Of a stretch of DNA of 64,000 bases, positions 43,601 through 58,600 are shown one piece after another. Source of the stretch: the human T2T-CHM13v2.0 reference genome, Homo sapiens; the NCBI RefSeq assembly GCF_009914755.1, contig NC_060925.1; one strand, 5' to 3'. Position 1 is the stretch's first letter, and each line of letters begins with the position of its first letter. A program made the position numbers and the translations under genes. The notes below the pieces were generated by a model. That model did not search any database and was not told where the DNA came from. It saw only the letters and a program-made list of their open reading frames with translations.

Positions 43601-46600
43601 TGGACCCGAATGGAATCATCATCCAACGGAAGCTAATGGAATCAACATCGAATGAATCAAATGGAAACACCATCGAATTGAAACGAATGGAATTACCATG
43701 AAATTGAAATGGATGGACTCATCATCAAATGGATTCGAATGGAATCATCGAATAAAATTGATTGAAATCATCATCGAATGGAATCGAATGGTATCATTGA
43801 ATGGAATCGAATGGAATCATCATCAGATGGAAATGAATGGAATCGTCATAGAATGGAATCGAATGGATTCATTGAATGGAATCAGATGGAATCATCGAAT
43901 GGACTGGAATGGAATCATTGAATGGACTCGAAAGGGATCATGATTGAATGGAATTGAATGGAATCATCGAATGTTCTCGATTGGAATCATTATCAAATGG
44001 AATCGAATGGAATCACCGAATAGAATCGAATGGAACAATCATCGAATGGACTCAAATGGAATTATCCTCCAATGGAATCGAATGGAATTATCGAATGCAA
44101 TCGAATGGAATTATCGAATGCAATCGAATAGAATCATCGAATGGACTCGAATGGAATCATCGAATGGAATGGAATGGAACAGTCAATGAACTCGAATGGA
44201 ATCATCATTGAATGGAATCGAATGGAATCATCGAGTGGAATCGAAAGGAATTATGACCAAATGGAATCGAATGTAATCATCATCAAATGGAATCAAAAAT
44301 AACCATCATGAATTGGTATTGAATGGAATTGTCATCAAATGGAATTCAAAGGAATCATCATCAAATGGAACCGAATGGAATCCTCATTGAATGGAAATGA
44401 AAGGGGTTATCATCTAATGGAATCGCATGGAATCATCATCAAATGGAATCGAATGGAATCATCATCAAATGGAATCGAATGGAATCATTGAAAAGAATTG
44501 AATGGAATCGTCATCGAATGAATTGAATGCAATCATCGAATGGTCTCGAATGGAATCATCTTCTAATGGAAAGGAATGGAATCATCGCATAGAATCGAAT
44601 GCAATTATCATCGAATGGAATCGAATGGTATCAACACCAAACGGAAAAAAACGGAATTATCGAATGGAATCGAAGAGAATCTTCGAACGGACCCGAATGG
44701 AATCATCTAATGGAATGGAATGGAATAATCCATGGACTCGAATGCAATCATCATCGAATGGAATCGAATGGAATCATCGAATGGACTCGAATGGAATAAT
44801 CATTGAACGGAATCGAATGGAATCATCATCGGATGGAAACGAATGGAATCATCATCGAATGGAAATGAAAGGAGTCATCATCTAATGGAATTGCATGGAA
44901 TCATCATCAAATGGAATCGAATGGAATCAACATCAAATGGAATCAAATGGAATCATTGAACGGAATTGAATGGAATCGTCATCGAATGAATTGACTGCAA
45001 TCATCGAATGGTCTCGAATGGAATCATCTTCAAATGGAATGGAATGGAATCATCGCATAGAATCGAATGGAATTATCATCGAATGGAATCGAATGGAATC
45101 AACATCAAACGGAAAAAAACGGAATTATCGAATGGAATCGAAGAGAATCATCGAATGGACCCGAATGGAATCATCTAATGGAATGGAATGGAATAATCCA
45201 TGGACTCGAATGCAATCATCACCGAATGGAATCGAATGGAATCATCGAATGGACTCGAATGGAATAATCATTGAACGGAATCGAATGGAATCATCATCGG
45301 ATGGAAATGAAAGGAGTCATCATCTAATGGAATTGCATGGAATCATCATAAAATGGAATCGAATGGAATCAACATCAAATGGAATCAAATGGAATCATTG
45401 AACGGAATTGAATGGAATCGTCATCGAATGAATTGAATGCAATCATCGAATGGTCTCGAATGGAATCATCTTCAAATGGAATGGAATGGAATGGAATCAT
45501 CGCATAGAATCGAATGGAATTATCATCGAATGGAATCGAATGGAATCAACATCAAACGGAAAAATACGGAATTATCGAATGGAATCGAAGAGAATCATCG
45601 AATGGACCCGAATGGAATCATCTAATGGAATGGAATGGAATAATCCATGGACTCGAATGCAATCATCATCGAATGGAATCGAATGGAATCATCGAATGGA
45701 CTCGTATGGAATAATCATTGAACGGAATCGAATGGAATCGTCATCGGATGGAAATGAATGGAATCATCATCGAATGGAATCGAATAGAATTATGGAATGA
45801 AATCCAGTGTGATCATCATCGAATGGACCCGAATGGAATCATCATCCAACGGAAGCTAATGGAATCAACATCGAATGAATCGAATGGAAACGCCATCGAA
45901 TTGAAACGAATGGAATTACAATGAAATTGAAATGGATGGACTCATCATCGAATGGATTCCAATGGAATCATCGAATAAAATTGATTGAAATCATCATCGA
46001 ATGGTATCGAATGGTATCATTGAATGGAATCGAATGGAATCATCATCAGATGGAAATGAATGGAATCGTCATAGAATGGAATCGAATGGATTCATTGAAT
46101 GGAATCAGATGGAATCATCGAATGGACTGGAATGGAATCATTGAATGGACTCGAAAGGGATCATGATTGAATGGAATTGAATGGAATCATCGAATGGTCT
46201 CGATTGGAATCATTATCAAATGGAATCGAATGGAATCACCGAATAGAATCGAATGGAACAATCATCGAATGGACTCAAATGGAATTATCCTCAAATGGAA
46301 TCGAATGGAATTATCGAATGCAATCGAATGGAATTATCGAATGCAATCGAATAGAATCATCGAATGGACTCGAATGGAATCATCGAATGGAATGGAATGG
46401 AACAGTCAATGAACTCGAATGGAATCATCATTGAATGGAATCGAATGGAATCATCGAGTGGAATCGAATGGAATTATGATCAAATGGAATCGAATGTAAT
46501 CATCATCAAATGGAATCAAAAATAACCATCATCAACTGGTATTGAATGGAATTCTCATCAAATGGAATTCAAAGGAATCATCATCAAATGGAACTGAATG

Positions 46601-49600
46601 GAATCCTCATTGAATGGAAATGAAAGGGGTCATCATCTAATGGAATCGCATGGAATCATCATCAAATGGAATCGAATGGAATCATCATCAAATGGAATCT
46701 GATGGAATCATTGAACAGAATTGAATGGAATCGTCATCGAATGAATTGAATGCAATCATCGAATGGTCTCGAATGGAATCACATTCTAATGGAAAGGAAT
46801 GGAATCATCGCATAGAATCGAATGGAATTAACATTGAATGGACTCGAATGGAATCAACATCAAACGGAATCAAGCGGAATTATCGAATGGAATCGAAGAG
46901 AATCATCGAATGGACTCGAATGGAATCATCTAATGAAATGGAATGGAATAATCCACGGACCCGAATGCAATCATCATCGTATAGAATCGAATGGAATCAT
47001 CGAATGGACTCGAATGGAATAATCATTGAACGGAATCGAATGGAATCATCATCGGATGGAAACGAATGGAATCATCATCGAATGGAAATGAAAGGAGTCA
47101 TCATCTAATGGAATTGCATGGAATCATCATCAAATGGAATCGAATGGAATCAACATCAAATGGAATCAAATGGAATCATTGAACGGAATTGAATGGAATC
47201 ATCATCGAATGAATTGAATGCAATCATCGAATGGTCTCGAATGAAATCATCTTCAAATGGAATGGAATGGAATCATCGCATAGAATCGAATGGAATTATC
47301 ATCGAATGGAATCGAATGGTATCAACATCAAACGGAAAAAAACGGAATTATCGAATGGAATCGAAGAGAATCCTCGAACGGACCCGAATGGAATCATCTA
47401 ATGGAATGGAATGGAATAATCCATGGAGTCGAATGCAATCATCATCGAATGGAATCGAATGGAATCATCGAATGGACTCGAATGGAATAATCATTGAACG
47501 GAATCGAATGGAATCATCTTCGGATGTAAACGAATGGAATCATCATGGAATGGAAATGAGAGGAATCATCATCTAATGGAATTGCATGGAATCATCATAA
47601 AATGGAATCGAATGGAATCAACATCAAATGGAATCAAATGTAATCATTGAACGGAATTGAATGGAATCGTCATCGAATGAATTGAATGAAATCATCGAAT
47701 GGTCTCGAATGGAATCATCTTCAAACGGAATGGAATGGAATCATCGCATAGAATCGAATGGAATTATCATCGAATGGAATCGAATGGAATCAACATCAAA
47801 CGGAAAAAAACGGAATTATCGAATGGAATCGAAGAGAATCATCGAATGGACCCGAATGGAATCATCTAATGGAATGGAATGGAATAATCCGTGGACTCGA
47901 ATGCAATCATCATCGAATGGAATCGAATGGAATCATCGAATGGACTCGAATGGAATAATCATTGAACGGAATCGAATGGAATCATCATCGGATGGAAATG
48001 AATGGAATCATCATCGAATGGAATCGAATAGAATTATGGAATGAAATCCAGTGTGATCATCATCGAATGGACCCGAATGGAATCATCATCCATCGGAAGC
48101 AAATGGAAGCAACATCGAATGAATCGAATGGAAACACCATCGAATTGAAACGAATGGAATTATCATGAAATTGAAATGGATGGACTCATCATCGAATGGA
48201 TTCGAATGGAATCATCGAATAAAATTGATTGAAATCATCATCAAATGGAATCGAATGGTATCATTGAATGGAATCGAATGGAATCATCATCAGATGGAAA
48301 TGAAAGGAATCGTCATAGAATGGAATCGAATGGATTCATTGAATGGAATCAGATGGAATCATTGAATGGACTGGAATGGAATCATTGAATGGACTCGAAA
48401 GGGATCATGATTGAATGGAATTGAATGGAATCATCGAATGGTCTCGATTGGAATCATTATCAAATGGAATCGAATGGAATCACCGAATAGAATCGAATGG
48501 AACAATCATCGAATGGACTCAAATGGAATTATCCTCAAATGGAATTGAATGGAATTATCGAATGCAATCGAATGGAATTATCGAATGCAATCGAATAGAA
48601 TCATCGAATGGACTCGAATGGAATCATCGAATGGAATGGAATGGAACAGTCAATGAACTCGAATGGAATCATCATTGAATGGAATCGAATGGAATCATCG
48701 AGTGGAATCGAATGTAATCATCATCAAATGGAATCAAAAATAACCATCATCAAATGGAATCAAAAATAACAATCATCAATTGGTATTGAATGGAATTCTC
48801 TTCAAATGGAATTCAAAGGAATCATCATCAAATGGAACCGAATGGAATCCTCATTGAATGGAAATGAAAGGGGTCATCATCTAATGGAATCGCATGGAAT
48901 CATCATCAAATGGAATCGAATGGAATCATCATCAAATGGAATCTAATGGAATCATTGAAAAGAATTGAATGGAATCATCATCGAATGAATTGAATGCAAT
49001 CATCGAATGGTCTCGAATGGAATCATCTTCTAATGGAAAGGAATGGAATCATCGCATAGAATCGAATGGAATTAACATTGAATGGAATCGAATGGAATCA
49101 ACATCAAATGGAATCAAGCGGAATTATCGAATGAAATCGAAGAGAATCATCGAATGGACTCGAAGGGAATCATCTAATGGAATGGAATGGAATAATCCAC
49201 GGACTCGAATGCAATCATCATCGTATAGAATCGAATGGAATCATCGAATGGACTCGAGTGGAATAACCATTGAACGGAATCGAATGGAATCATCATCGGA
49301 TGGAAACGAATGGAATCATCATCGAATGGAAATGAAAGGAGTCATCATCTAATGGAATTGCATGGAATCATCATAAAATGGAATCGAATGGAATCATCAT
49401 CAAATGGAATCAAATGGAAGCATTGAACGGAATTGAATGGAATCGTCATCGAATGAATTGAATGCAATCATCGAATGGTCTCGAATGGAATCATCTTCAA
49501 ATGGAATGGAATGGAATCATCGCATAGAATCGAATGGAATTATCATCGAATGGAATCGAATGGTATCAACATCAAACGGAAAAAAACGGAATTACCGAAT

Positions 49601-52600
49601 GGAATCGAAGAGAATCTTCGAACGGACCCGAATGGAATCATCTAATGGAATGGAATGGAATAATCCATGGACTCGAATGCAATCATCATCGAATGGAATC
49701 GAATGGAATCATTGAATGGACTCGAATGGAATAATCATTGAACGGAATCGAATGGAATCATCATCGCATGGAAATGAATGGAATCCTCATCGAATGGAAT
49801 CGAATAGAATTATGGAATGAAATCCAGTGTGATCATCATCGAATGGACCCGAATGGAATCATCATCCAACGGAAGCTAATGGAATCAACATCGAATGAAT
49901 CGAATGGAAACACCATCGAATTGAAACGAATGGAATTATCATGAAATTGAAATGGATGGACCCATCATCGAATGGATTCGAATGGAATCATCGAATAAAA
50001 TTGATTGAAATCATCATCAAATGGAATCGAATGGTGTCATTGAATGGGATCGAATGGAATCATCGTCAGATGGAAATGAATGGAATCGTCATAGAATGGA
50101 ATCGAATGGATTCATTGAATGGAATCAGATGGAATCATCGAATGGACTGGAATGGAATCATTGAATGGACACGAATGGAATCATTATTGAATGGAATTGA
50201 ATGGAATCATCGAATGGTCTCGATTGGAATCATTACCAAATGGAATCGAATGGAATCACCGAATAGAATCGAATGGAACAATCATCGAATGGACTCAAAT
50301 GGAATTATCCTCAAATGGAATCGAATGGAATTATCGAATGCAATCGAATGGAATTATCGAATGCAATCGAATAGAATCATCGAATGGACTCGAATGGAAT
50401 CATCGAATGGAATGGAATGGAACAGTCAATGAACTCGAATGGAATCATCATTGAATGGAATCGAATGGAATCATCGAGTGGAATCGAATGGAATTATGAT
50501 CAAATGGAATCGAATGTAATCCTCATCAAATGGAATCAAAAATAACCATCATCAATTGGTATTGAATGGAATTGTCATCAAATGGAATTCAAAGGAATCA
50601 TCATCAAATGGAACCGAATGGAATCCTCATTGAATGGAAATGAAAGTGGTCATCATCTAATGGAATCGCATGGAATCATCATCAAATGGAATCGAGTGGA
50701 ATCATCATCAAATGGAATCTAAGGGAATCATTGAACAGAATTGAATGGAATCCTCATCGAATGAATTGAATGCAACCATCGAATGGTCTCGAATGGAATC
50801 ATCTTCAAATGGAAAGGAATGGAATCATCGCATAGAATCGAATGGAATTATCATCGAATGGAATCCAATGGTATCAACATCAAACGGAAAAAAACGGAAT
50901 TATGGAATGGAATCGAAGAGAATCTTCGAACGGACCCGAATGGAATCATCTAATGGAATGGAATGGAATAATCCATGGACTCGAATGCAATCATGATCCA
51001 ATGGAATCGAATGGAATCATCGAATGGACTCGAATGGAATAATCATTGAACGGAATCGAATGGAATCATCATCGGATGGAAACGAATGGAATCATCATCG
51101 AATGGAAATGAAAGGAGTCATCATCTAATGGAATTGCATGGAATCATCATAAAATGGAATCGAAGGGAATCAACATCAAATGGAATCAAATGGAATCATT
51201 GAACGGAATTGAATGGAATCGTCATCGAATGAATTGACTGCAATCATCGAATGGTCTCGAATGGAATCATCTTCGAATGGAATGGAATGGAATCATCGCA
51301 TAGAATCGAATGGAATTATCATCGAATGGATTCGAATGGAATCAACATCAAACGGAAAATAACGGAATTATCGAATGGAATCGAAGGGAATCATCGAATG
51401 GACCCGAATGGAATCATCTAATGGAATGGAATGGAATAATCCATGGACTCGAATGCAATCATCATCGAATGGAATCGAATGGAATCATCGAATGGACTCG
51501 AATGGAATAATCATTGAACGGAATCGAATGGAATCATCATCGGATGGAAATGAATGGAATCATCATCGAATGGAATCGAATAGAATTATGGAATGAAATC
51601 CACTGTGATCATCATCGAATGGACAAGAATGGAATCATCATCCAACGGAAGCTAATGGAATCAACATCGAATGAATCAAATGGAAACACCATCGAATTGA
51701 AACGAATGGAATTACCATGAAATTGAAATGGATGGACTCATCATCGAATGGATTCGAATGGAATCATCGAATAAAATTGATTGAAATCATCATCGAATGG
51801 AATCGAATGGTATCATTGAATGGAATCGAATGGAATCAACATCAGATGGAAATGAATGGAATCGTCATAGAATGGAATCGAATGGATTCATTGAATGGAA
51901 TCAGATGGAATCATCGAATGGACTGGAATGGAATCATTGAATGGACTCGAAAGGGATCATGATTGAATGGAATTGAATGGAATCATCGAATGGTCTCGAT
52001 TGGAATCATTATCAAATGGAATCGAATGGAATCACCGAATAGAATCGAATGGAACAATCATCGAATGGACTCAAATGGAATTATCCTCCAATGGAATCGA
52101 ATGGAATTATCGAATGCAATCGAATGGAATTATCGAATGCAATCGAATAGAATCATCGAATGGACTCGAATGGAATCATCGAATGGAGTGGAATGGAACA
52201 GTCAATGAACTCGAATGGAATCATCATTGAATGGAATCGAATGGAATCATCGAGTGGAATCGAATGGAATTATGATCAAATGGAATCGAATGTAATCATC
52301 ATCAAATGGAATCAAAAATAACCATCATCAATTGGTATTGAATGGAATTCTCATCAAATGGAATTCAAAGGAATCATCATCAAATGGAACCGAATGGAAT
52401 CCTCATTGAATGGAAATGAAAGGGGTCATCATCTAATGGAATCGCATGGAATCATCATCAAATTGAATCGAATGGAATCATCATCAAATGGAATCTAATG
52501 GAATCATTGAACAGAATTGAATGGAATCGTCATCGAATGAATTGAATGCAATCATCGAATGGTCTCGAATGGAATCATCTTCTAATGGAAAGGAATGGAA

Positions 52601-55600
52601 TCATCGCATAGAAACGAATGGAATTATCATCGAATGGAATCGAATGGTATCAACATCAAACGGAAAAAAACGGAATTATCGAATGGAATCGAAGAGAATC
52701 TTCGAACGGACCCGAATGGAATCATCTAATGGAATGGAATGGAATAATCCATGGACTCGAATGCAATGATCATCGAATGGAATCCAATGGAATCATCGAA
52801 TGGACTCGAATGGAATAATCATTGAACGGAATCGAATGGAATCATCATCGGATGGAAACGAATGGAATCATCATCGAATGGAATCGAATAGAATTATGGA
52901 ATGAAATCCAGTGTGATCATCATCGAATGGACCCGAATGGAATCATCATCCAACGGAAGCTAATGGAATCAACATCGAATGAATCAAATGGAAACACCAT
53001 CGAATTGAAACGAATGGAATTACCATGAAATTGAAATGGATGGACTCATCATCAAATGGATTCGAATGGAATCATCGAATAAAATTGATTGAAATCATCA
53101 TCGAATGGAATCGAATGGTATCATTGAATGGAATCGAATGGAATCATCATCAGATGGAAATGAATGGAATCGTCATAGAATGGAATCGAATGGATTCATT
53201 GAATGGAATCAGATGGAATCATTGAATGGACTGGAATGGAATCATTGAATGGACTCGAAAGGGATCATTATTGAATGGAATTGAATGGAATCATCGAATG
53301 GTCTCGATTGGAATCATTATCAAATGGAATCGAATGGAATCACCGAATAGAATCGAATGGAACAATCATCGAATGGACTCAAATGGAATTATCCTCCAAT
53401 GGAATCGAATGGAATTATCGAATGCAATCAAATGGAATTATCGAATGCAATCGAATAGAATCATCGAATGGACTCGAATGGAATCATCGAATGGAATGGA
53501 ATGGAACAGTCAATGAACTCGAATGGAATCATCATTGAATGGAATCGAATGGAATCATCGAGTGGAATCGAAAGGAATTATGACCAAATGGAATCGAATG
53601 TAATCATCATCAAATGGAATCAAAAATAACCATCATGAATTGGTATTGAATGGAATTGTCATCAAATGGAATTCAAAGGAATCATCATCAAATGGAACCG
53701 AATGGAATCCTCATTGAATGGAAATGAAAGGGGTTATCATCTAATGGAATCGCATGGAATCATCATCAAATGGAATCGAATGGAATCATTGAAAAGAATT
53801 GAATGGAATCGTCATCGAATGAATTGAATGCAATCATCGAATGGTCTCGAATGGAATCATCTTCTAATGGAAAGGAATGGAATCATCGCATAGAATCGAA
53901 TGCAATTATCATCGAATGGAATCGAATGGTATCAACACCAAACGGAAAAAAACGGAATTATCGAATGGAATCGAAGAGAATCTTCGAACGGACCCGAATG
54001 GAATCATCTAATGGAATGGAATGGAATAATCCATGGACTCGAATGCAATCATCATCGAATGGAATCGAATGGAATCATCGAATGGACTCGAATGGAATAA
54101 TCATTGAACGGAATCGAATGGAATCATCATCGGATGGAAACGAATGGAATCATCATCGAATGGAAATGAAAGGAGTCATCATCTAATGGAATTGCATGGA
54201 ATCATCATCAAATGGAATCGAATGGAATCAACATCAAATGGAATCAAATGGAATCATTGAACGGAATTGAATGGAATCGTCATCGAATGAATTGACTGCA
54301 ATCATCGAATGGTCTCGAATGGAATCATCTTCAAATGGAATGGAATGGAATCATCGCATAGAATCGAATGGAATTATCATCGAATGGAATCGAATGGAAT
54401 CAACATCAAACGGAAAAAAACGGAATTATCGAATGGAATCGAAGAGAATCATCGAATGGACCCGAATGGAATCATCTAATGGAATGGAATGGAATAATCC
54501 ATGGACTCGAATGCAATCATCACCGAATGGAATCGAATGGAATCATCGAATGGACTCGAATGGAATAATCATTGAACGGAATCGAATGGAATCATCATCG
54601 GATGGAAATGAAAGGAGTCATCATCTAATGGAATTGCATGGAATCATCATCAAATGGAATCGAATGGAATCAACATCAAATGGAATCAAATGGAATCATT
54701 GAACGGAATTGAATGGAATCGTCATCGAATGAATTGAATGCAATCATCGAATGGTCTCGAATGGAATCATCTTCAAATGGAATGGAATGGAATGGAATCA
54801 TCGCATAGAATCGAATGGAATTATCATCGAATGGAATCGAATGGAATCAACATCAAACGGAAAAATAAGGAATTATCGAATGGAATCGAAGAGAATCATC
54901 GAATGGACCCGAATGGAATCATCTAATGGAATGGAATGGAATAATCCATGGACTCGAATGCAATCATCATCGAATGGAATCGAATGGAATCATCGAATGG
55001 ACTCGTATGGAATAATCATTGAACGGAATCGAATGGAATCGTCATCGGATGGAAATGAATGGAATCATCATCGAATGGAATCGAATAGAATTATGGAATG
55101 AAATCCAGTGTGATCATCATCGAATGGACCCGAATGGAATCATCATCCAACGGAAGCTAATGGAATCAACATCGAATGAATCGAATGGAAACGCCATCGA
55201 ATTGAAACGAATGGAATTACAATGAAATTGAAATGGATGGACTCATCATCGAATGGATTCCAATGGAATCATCGAATAAAATTGATTGAAATCATCATCG
55301 AATGGTATCGAATGGTATCATTGAATGGAATCGAATGGAATCATCATCAGATGGAAATGAATGGAATCGTCATAGAATGGAATCGAATGGATTCATTGAA
55401 TGGAATCAGATGGAATCATCGAATGGACTGGAATGGAATCATTGAATGGACTCGAAAGGGATCATGATTGAATGGAATTGAATGGAATCATCGAATGGTC
55501 TCGATTGGAATCATTATCAAATGGAATCGAATGGAATCACCGAATAGAATCGAATGGAACAATCATCGAATGGACTCAAATGGAATTATCCTCAAATGGA

Positions 55601-58600
55601 ATCGAATGGAATTATCGAATGCAATCGAATGGAATTATCGAATGCAATCGAATAGAATCATCGAATGGACTCGAATGGAATCATCGAATGGAATGGAATG
55701 GAACAGTCAATGAACTCGAATGGAATCATCATTGAATGGAATCGAATGGAATCATCGAGTGGAATCGAATGGAATTATGATCAAATGGAATCGAATGTAA
55801 TCATCATCAAATGGAATCAAAAATAACCATCATCAAATGGAATCAAAAATAACAATCATCAATTGGTATTGAATGGAATTCTCATCAAATGGAATTCAAA
55901 GGAATCATCATCAAATGGAACCGAATGGAATCCTCATTGAATGGAAATGAAAGGGGTCATCATCTAATGGAATCGCATGGAATCATCATCAAATGGAATC
56001 GAATGGAATCATCATCAAATGGAATCTAATGGAATCATTGAAAAGAATTGAATGGAATCGTCATCGAATGAATTGAATGCAATCATCGAATGGTCTCGAA
56101 TGGAATCATCTTCTAATGGAAAGGAATGGAATCATCGCATAGAATCGAATGGAATTAACATTGAATGGAATCGAATGGAATCAACATCAAATGGAATCAA
56201 GCGGAATTATCGAATGAAATCGAAGAGAATCATCGAATGGACTCGAATGGAATCATCTAATGGAATGGAATGGAATAATCCACGGACTCGAATGCAATCA
56301 TCATCGTATAGAATCGAATGGAATCATCGAATGGACTCGAATGGAATAACCATTGAACGGAATCGAATGGAATCATCATCGGATGGAAACGAATGGAATC
56401 ATCATCGAATGGAAATGAAAGGAGTCATCATCTAATGGAATTGCATGGAATCATCATAAAATGGAATCGAATGGAATCATCATCAAATGGAATCAAATGG
56501 AAGCATTGAACGGAATTGAATGGAATCGTCATCGAATGAATTGAATGCAATCATCGAATGGTCTCTAATGGAATCATCTTCAAATGGAATGGAATGGAAT
56601 CATCGCATAGAATCGAATGGAATTATCATCGAATGGAATTGAATGGTATCAACATCAAACGGAAAAAAACGGAATTACCGAATGGAATCGAAGAGAATCT
56701 TTGAACGGACTCGAATGGAATCATCTAATGGAATGGAATGGAATAATCCATGGACTCGAATGCAATCATCATCGAATGGAATCGAATGGAATCATTGAAT
56801 GGACTCGAATGGAATAATCATTGAACGGAATCGAATGGAATCATCATCGGATGGAAATGAATGGAATCCTCATCGAATGGAATCGAATAGAATTATGGAA
56901 TGAAATCCAGTGTGATCATCATCGAATGGACCCGAATGGAATCATCATCCAACGGAAGCTAATGGAATCAACATCGAATGAATCGAATGGAAACACCATC
57001 GAATTGAAACGAATGGAATTATCATGAAATTGAAATGGATGGACCCATCATCGAATGGATTCGAATGGAATCATCGAATAAAATTGATTGAAATCATCAT
57101 CAAATGGAATCGAATGGTGTCATTGAATGGGATCGAATGGAATCATCGTCAGATGGAAATGAATGGAATCGTCATAGAATGGAATCGAATGGATTCATTG
57201 AATGGAATCAGATGGAATCATCGAATGGACTGGAATGGAATCATTGAATGGACACGAATGGGATCATTATTGAATGGAATTGAATGGAATCATCGAATGG
57301 TCTCGATTGGAATCATTATCAAATGGAATCGAATGGAATCACCGAATAGAATCGAATGGAACAATCATCGAATGGACTCAAATGGAATTATCCTCAAATG
57401 GAATCGAATGGAATTATCGAATGCAATCGAATGGAATTATCGAATGCAATCGAATAGAATCATCGAATGGACTCGAATGGAATCATCGAATGGAATGGAA
57501 TGGAACAGTCAATGAACTCGAATGGAATCATCATTGAATGGAATCGAATGGAATCATCGAGTGGAATCGAATGGAATTATGATCAAATGGAATCGAATGT
57601 AATCCTCATCAAATGGAATCAAAAATAACCATCATCAATTGGTATTGAATGGAATTGTCATCAAATGGAATTCAAAGGAATCATCATCAAATGGAACCGA
57701 ATGGAATCCTCATTGAATGGAAATGAAAGTGGTCATCATCTAATGGAATCGCATGGAATCATCATCAAATGGAATCGAGTGGAATCATCATCAAATGGAA
57801 TCTAAGGGAATCATTGAACAGAATTGAATGGAATCCTCATCGAATGAATTGAATGCAATCATCGAATGGTCTCGAATGGAATCATCTTCAAATGGAAAGG
57901 AATGGAATCATCGCATAGAATCGAATGGAATTATCATCGAATGGAATCCAATGGTATCAACATCAAACGGAAAAAAACGGAATTATGGAATGGAATCTAA
58001 GAGAATCTTCGAACGGACCCGAATGGAATCATCTAATGGAATGGAATGGAATAATCCATGGACTCGAATGCAATCATGATCCAATGGAATCGAATGGAAT
58101 CATCGAATGGACTCGAATGGAATAATCATTGAACGGAATCGAATGGAATCATCATCGGATGGAAACGAATGGAATCATCATCGAATGGAAATGAAAGGAG
58201 TCATCATCTAATGGAATTGCATGGAATCATCATAAAATGGAATCGAAGGGAATCAACATCAAATGGAATCAAATGGAATCATTGAACGGAATTGAATGGA
58301 ATCGTCATCGAATGAATTGACTGCAATCATCGAATGGTCTCGAATGGAATCATCTTCAAATGGAATGGAATGGAATCATCGCATAGAATCGAATGGAATT
58401 ATCATCGAATGGATTCGAATGGAATCAACATCAAACGGAAAAAAACGGAATTATCGAATGGAATCGAAGGGAATCATCGAATGGACCCGAATGGAATCAT
58501 CTAATGGAATGGAATGGAATAATCCATGGACTCGAATGCAATCATCATCGAATGGAATCGAATGGAATCATCGAATGGACTCGAATGGAATAATCATTGA

